DNA of 64,000 nucleotides from positions 768,001-832,000 of the forward strand of contig CAWETW010000001.1 of NCBI GenBank assembly GCA_963812155.1, read 5' to 3'. Of the stretch, positions 60,548 through 64,000 are shown piece by piece (the stretch's first letter is position 1; every line of letters starts with the position of its first letter). The stretch comes from Vulcanimicrobiota bacterium. GTDB taxonomy: Bacteria; Vulcanimicrobiota; Vulcanimicrobiia; Vulcanimicrobiales; Vulcanimicrobiaceae. The notes beneath the pieces were generated by a model that was not told the origin of the DNA, ran no database searches, and saw only the letters and a list, made by a program, of their open reading frames with translations. The position numbers and the translations under genes were made by a program.

Positions 60548-61760
60548 CTATGCAGGCGGGTGAGGCTCCGTGAGGATTCCGAGCGATTCGCCGACGCTTT
60601 GGAACGCGCTCAGCGCGCGGTCCATTTCGTCGCGCGTGAGCGCGGCGCTGATCTGCACGCGAATTCTGGCGGTGCCTTCCGGCACGACCGGATACCCGAA
60701 GCCGGTTACGAAAACGCCGCGTTTGAGAAGCTCGTCGCTCATCGAGATCGCGAACGCCGTTTCGCCGACGATGATCGGAACGATCGCGCTTTCTCCCGGC
60801 AGCGGCCGGTATCCGATACGCTCGAGACCGGCACGAAAGTACGCCGTGTTGTCGCGCAGCGTGTCAACGAGCTGCGGATGCGCGTCGAGATAGTCGATTG
60901 CTTCGAGCGCGCTGCACGCGACCGTGGCGGGCAAGGCGTTCGAAAAAAGCTGCGGCCGCGAACGCTGGATGAGCGTGTCGACGAGCGCATCGCTGGCGGC
61001 GACAAAGCCGCCGGCCGCGCCGCCCAGCGCTTTGCCCAGCGTTCCCGTGATGACGTCGATTTCGCCGGTCAATCCGTAATGCTCGATGGTGCCGCGTCCG
61101 GTTTTACCCATGACGCCGGTTCCGTGCGAATCGTCCACGACGACGATGGCGCCGTGCGCGTGCGCGAGCGCGACGATCTCGGGGAGCTTCGCCAAATCGC
61201 CTTCCATCGAGAACACGCCGTCGGTTACGACGACGATCGGAAAGCAGCCGGCGACGCGCCTTCAACTTCTCTTCGAGATCGCGCATGTCGCTGTGCTTGT
61301 AGCGCTCGCGGCGCGCCTTGCTCGCGAGCCGCACGCCGTCGATGATCGAGGCGTGGTTCAACTCGTCTGAGACGATGGCCGAGCCTTGATCGCAAATGGT
61401 CGCAAAAAGACCCGTGTTGGCATTCCAGCAGGCAACGTAGGAAAGCGAGGCTTCCGTACCGAGAAACGACGCGATCCGCTCTTCGAGCGTGCGATGGATA
61501 TCGAACGTTCCGCAGATAAAGCGCACCGACGCGGTTCCGGCACCGTAGCGATCGAGCCCTCGTTTTCCGGCCTCGACCACTTCCGGCAAATCGGCAAGCC
61601 CGAGGTAGTTGTTGCTCGACAGCACGATGACGTCGCCCGCTTCTTCCATGTGCACTTCGGGCGCCATCGGAGTCGTGATGTGACGCAAGCGTTTGTAGGT
61701 CCCGGCACGCTTGAGCGCCTCGAGGTCGCCGCGGAGCTTCTCTTCGAACGCCTGATTCAT
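60548..61760 (-). CDS. kbl: Glycine C-acetyltransferase; frameshift ~61255
   Basis: SNNYLGL, ASVRFICGT, NHASIIDG, FSMEGD, DDSHG, GTLGKALGG. Confidence 0.93.
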
Positions 61761-62806
61761 GGCTTTGCAACATCCCCTTTGAAATCGAGCACGATCTTTG
61801 CGGCTTCGCCGCTGCGCATCAATTCGAACGCTCGATCGAACTGCGTGTAGTGCAACACGTGCGTGATGATCGGCCGCAGGTCGACGCGGCCGCTCTTTAC
61901 CAGCGCCTGCGTCTGGTACCACGTCTCGAACATGCGCCGGCCGTTAATTCCCAATACGGTCAGCCCCTTGAAGATGATGCGTTCGGCGAGATTGATGTTG
62001 ACCGCATCGGAAGGAATGCCCAGCAGCGCCGCGGTCCCCCCGTTACGCACCATTTGCAAACCGGCATCGATTGCCGGTCCGCTGCCCGACATCTCGAGCA
62101 GCACGTCGACGCCGTCGCCGTTGGTCAGCGCTTTGATCTCGTCGACGAGTTCGGGTCTTCCGGCGAGGAAGGTCGCGTCGGCACCGAGGCGCTCGGCCAG
62201 CGCAAGCTTCGCCGGATTGACGTCAACGGCGTAGACCGCCGACGCTCCCGCCGCGCGCGCGACCGGAATCGCCATCAGGCCGATCGATCCCACGCCCGTG
62301 ATCGCGACGCTTTTGACGCTGACGCCGGCCGACATCACGGTATGCACCGCGTTGCCGAGCGGATCGAAAATCGCCGCGAACTCGTCGGGAATTGCCGGGT
62401 CGAGCTTCCACACATTGTACTCGGGTACCGCGACGTACTCGGCGAACGCGCCGTCCCGGTCGACGCCGATGATCTCGACGCGCTCGCAGATGTGCGCCTG
62501 GCCGGTACGGCACAATAAGCACGTGAGATCGACCACGTGCCCTTCCGCCGACACGCGGTCGCCGATACGAATCGAGCGCACGGCGTCGCCGACCGCGGCG
62601 ACCGTCCCCATGAACTCGTGGCCTACCACGATGGGAGGGCGAATCCGAGCCTGTGCCCAGGAATCCCAGGTATATATGTGGAGGTCGGTCCCGCACACGC
62701 CGGCCTTCTCGACGCGAATCAAGACGTCGGTTGGCCCAATCTCCGGAACCGGCAGGTCTTTCAAAGTAAAACCGGGCTGGGGGCCCGACTTTGAGAGCGC
62801 TTTCAT
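61757..62806 (-). CDS. tdh: L-threonine 3-dehydrogenase
   Basis: CGTDLHIY.WD.WA, GHEF, GINGRRMFETW; adjacent to kbl. Confidence 0.95.
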   Translation of the reverse strand: MKALSKSGPQPGFTLKDLPVPEIGPTDVLIRVEKAGVCGTDLHIYTWDSWAQARIRPPIVVGHEFMGTVAAVGDAVRSIRIGDRVSAEGHVVDLTCLLCRTGQAHICERVEIIGVDRDGAFAEYVAVPEYNVWKLDPAIPDEFAAIFDPLGNAVHTVMSAGVSVKSVAITGVGSIGLMAIPVARAAGASAVYAVDVNPAKLALAERLGADATFLAGRPELVDEIKALTNGDGVDVLLEMSGSGPAIDAGLQMVRNGGTAALLGIPSDAVNINLAERIIFKGLTVLGINGRRMFETWYQTQALVKSGRVDLRPIITHVLHYTQFDRAFELMRSGEAAKIVLDFKGDVAKP

Positions 62807-62859
62807 GAAAGGCACGGCGGCCGAAGGTATACCACCTCAGGCCGCCGCGTTCATTTCTC

Positions 62860-62966
62860 CGGGAAGCCGCCTCGCGCCCCACATCGGTGTCGGCGAGGGC
62901 CTCGATTACCACCGTAGTAAACTTCGGCCCTCGCCTCCTGGATCTGGGGCACGATGCGGCTTCCCG
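62860..62966 (-). other. 107-nt imperfect rod-like inverted repeat
   Basis: CGGGAAGCCGC/GCGGCTTCCCG, TCGTGCCCCA/TGGGGCGCGA, GGCGAGGGCC/GGCCCTCGCC. Confidence 0.7.
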
Positions 62967-62994
62967 CAAACGTTCACGATTCGTTGCCGTTAGG

Positions 62995-64000
62995 CTAGAA
63001 GTCGTATTCGAGTTGGGCGCGGTTGTATTTGAAGAGCGGCAGGCCGCCGAGATATTGCGAGCCGCTCGACGCGCCGGCGGGGCACGTCGTGTCGGAAGCG
63101 CCGCAATACGTGTTTTGGATGTTCCGCACGAAATACCGGTCGCGAAGCATCAGGCCTTTATACGGGCCGGTGCCTTTATACGGGCTGAATCGGTAGATGC
63201 CGTCGAGATCGTACTCGTTCGTGTTGGCATTCGGCGCGGCCGCGTTGCCGTAGTTGAGCCAGCCGTACGCCGCGAGAAACACGAGGCGGTTGTTGTTCGA
63301 GGTGAACGTCGCGACCAGCCGTTCCGAGGTGCCGGCCGAGCGCCGCTCGATCATTCCTTGCGAACCGTTGGTCGTAAAGAACGGATCGGCGGTATAGTTA
63401 TCGGTATACGGACTTGCCCAGCCGCCGTAATACACGTTCGTCGTCCCGTTGGTGTTGTTCGAACACTGGCCCGTGCCGTTATTGACCAGCGGCAGAAAAT
63501 ACGCCAGGGTCGCACCCTTCGCGGTGATTTGATTCGTGCTGCTGCTGCAGCTGACCCCGTGCGGCAACACGATCGTATCGTTGTGCCACGGCAGCGTATC
63601 GAAGCCGAACGACAGGAGCACGTTCTTCGCAACGTTTGCGCCGATCTGTGCGCCGAACACCTGGCTATCAATCTTGCCTAGGAACGACGCGCCGGCGTTG
63701 CTCTCGGTTCCGCCTTGCAGCGCGATGAACGGTTTGACTTTGCTTTCCCCAAACGTGTACTTGCCGTCGAACCACCAAATGTTCATGAGATCGCTGACGC
63801 TGTAGAAATATCCGTTCGCGACGATGCCGGTCGAAGCGTCGTTGTAGCCGGCTCTACCGTAGAAGAAGCCGTTCGTCTGAATGAAGTTACCGCCGGGTAC
63901 GTAGATGTTCGCCGGTAGCCCCGAGTTGCCGGCGGGGTACGACGTCAACAGCGTATTGCTTTGAAACGTGGAGCTCGTGCGGTTTTCGAACTGAATCATG
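62995..64000 (-). CDS. 5'-truncated outer-membrane porin (OprD-like)
   Basis: Amphipathic beta strands, C-terminal RAQLEYDF barrel signature. Confidence 0.7.
   Translation of the reverse strand, partial: MIQFENRTSSTFQSNTLLTSYPAGNSGLPANIYVPGGNFIQTNGFFYGRAGYNDASTGIVANGYFYSVSDLMNIWWFDGKYTFGESKVKPFIALQGGTESNAGASFLGKIDSQVFGAQIGANVAKNVLLSFGFDTLPWHNDTIVLPHGVSCSSSTNQITAKGATLAYFLPLVNNGTGQCSNNTNGTTNVYYGGWASPYTDNYTADPFFTTNGSQGMIERRSAGTSERLVATFTSNNNRLVFLAAYGWLNYGNAAAPNANTNEYDLDGIYRFSPYKGTGPYKGLMLRDRYFVRNIQNTYCGASDTTCPAGASSGSQYLGGLPLFKYNRAQLEYDF

Overview
High-GC bacterial chromosomal segment. The gene repertoire (carboxypeptidase-N-terminal TonB receptors, 'SWM..A..DLLY' secreted beta-propeller-like proteins, Firmicutes-like ymdB-spoVS-PHP and hrcA/CIRCE in a diderm with hldD and RseB) suggests Ca. 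Eremiobacterota/Vulcanimicrobiota; this is inference. It is mostly housekeeping: ahcY-metK, etfBA, accDA, hrcA-dnaJ-rsmE, acs, dinG, add, tdh-kbl, and three tRNAs (Asn, Leu-UAA, fMet). Many genes carry single-base frameshifts, most likely long-read errors. Best candidate for an undescribed system: a His-rich four-TM leader protein (16685-17236) ending in an R-P-P-P arrest-like motif, whose Pro codons pair perfectly with the Shine-Dalgarno of a downstream copper operon (His1 outer-membrane-type protein, CopC, CopD-cytochrome c fusion). This would be a metal-sensing ribosome-stalling switch. Other notable signals: a 224-nt group IC3 intron in the tRNA-Leu(UAA) anticodon; two integrase-less ~1.2-kb single-gene islets bounded by degenerate tRNA 3'-end copies; a dispersed REP-like element absorbed into gene ends; three genes that need non-canonical starts; a 22-bp perfect palindrome on a TonB-receptor start codon; a CIRCE inside a coding sequence; and a 107-nt rod-like structure before tdh. 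All calls were made by eye, with no database searches.
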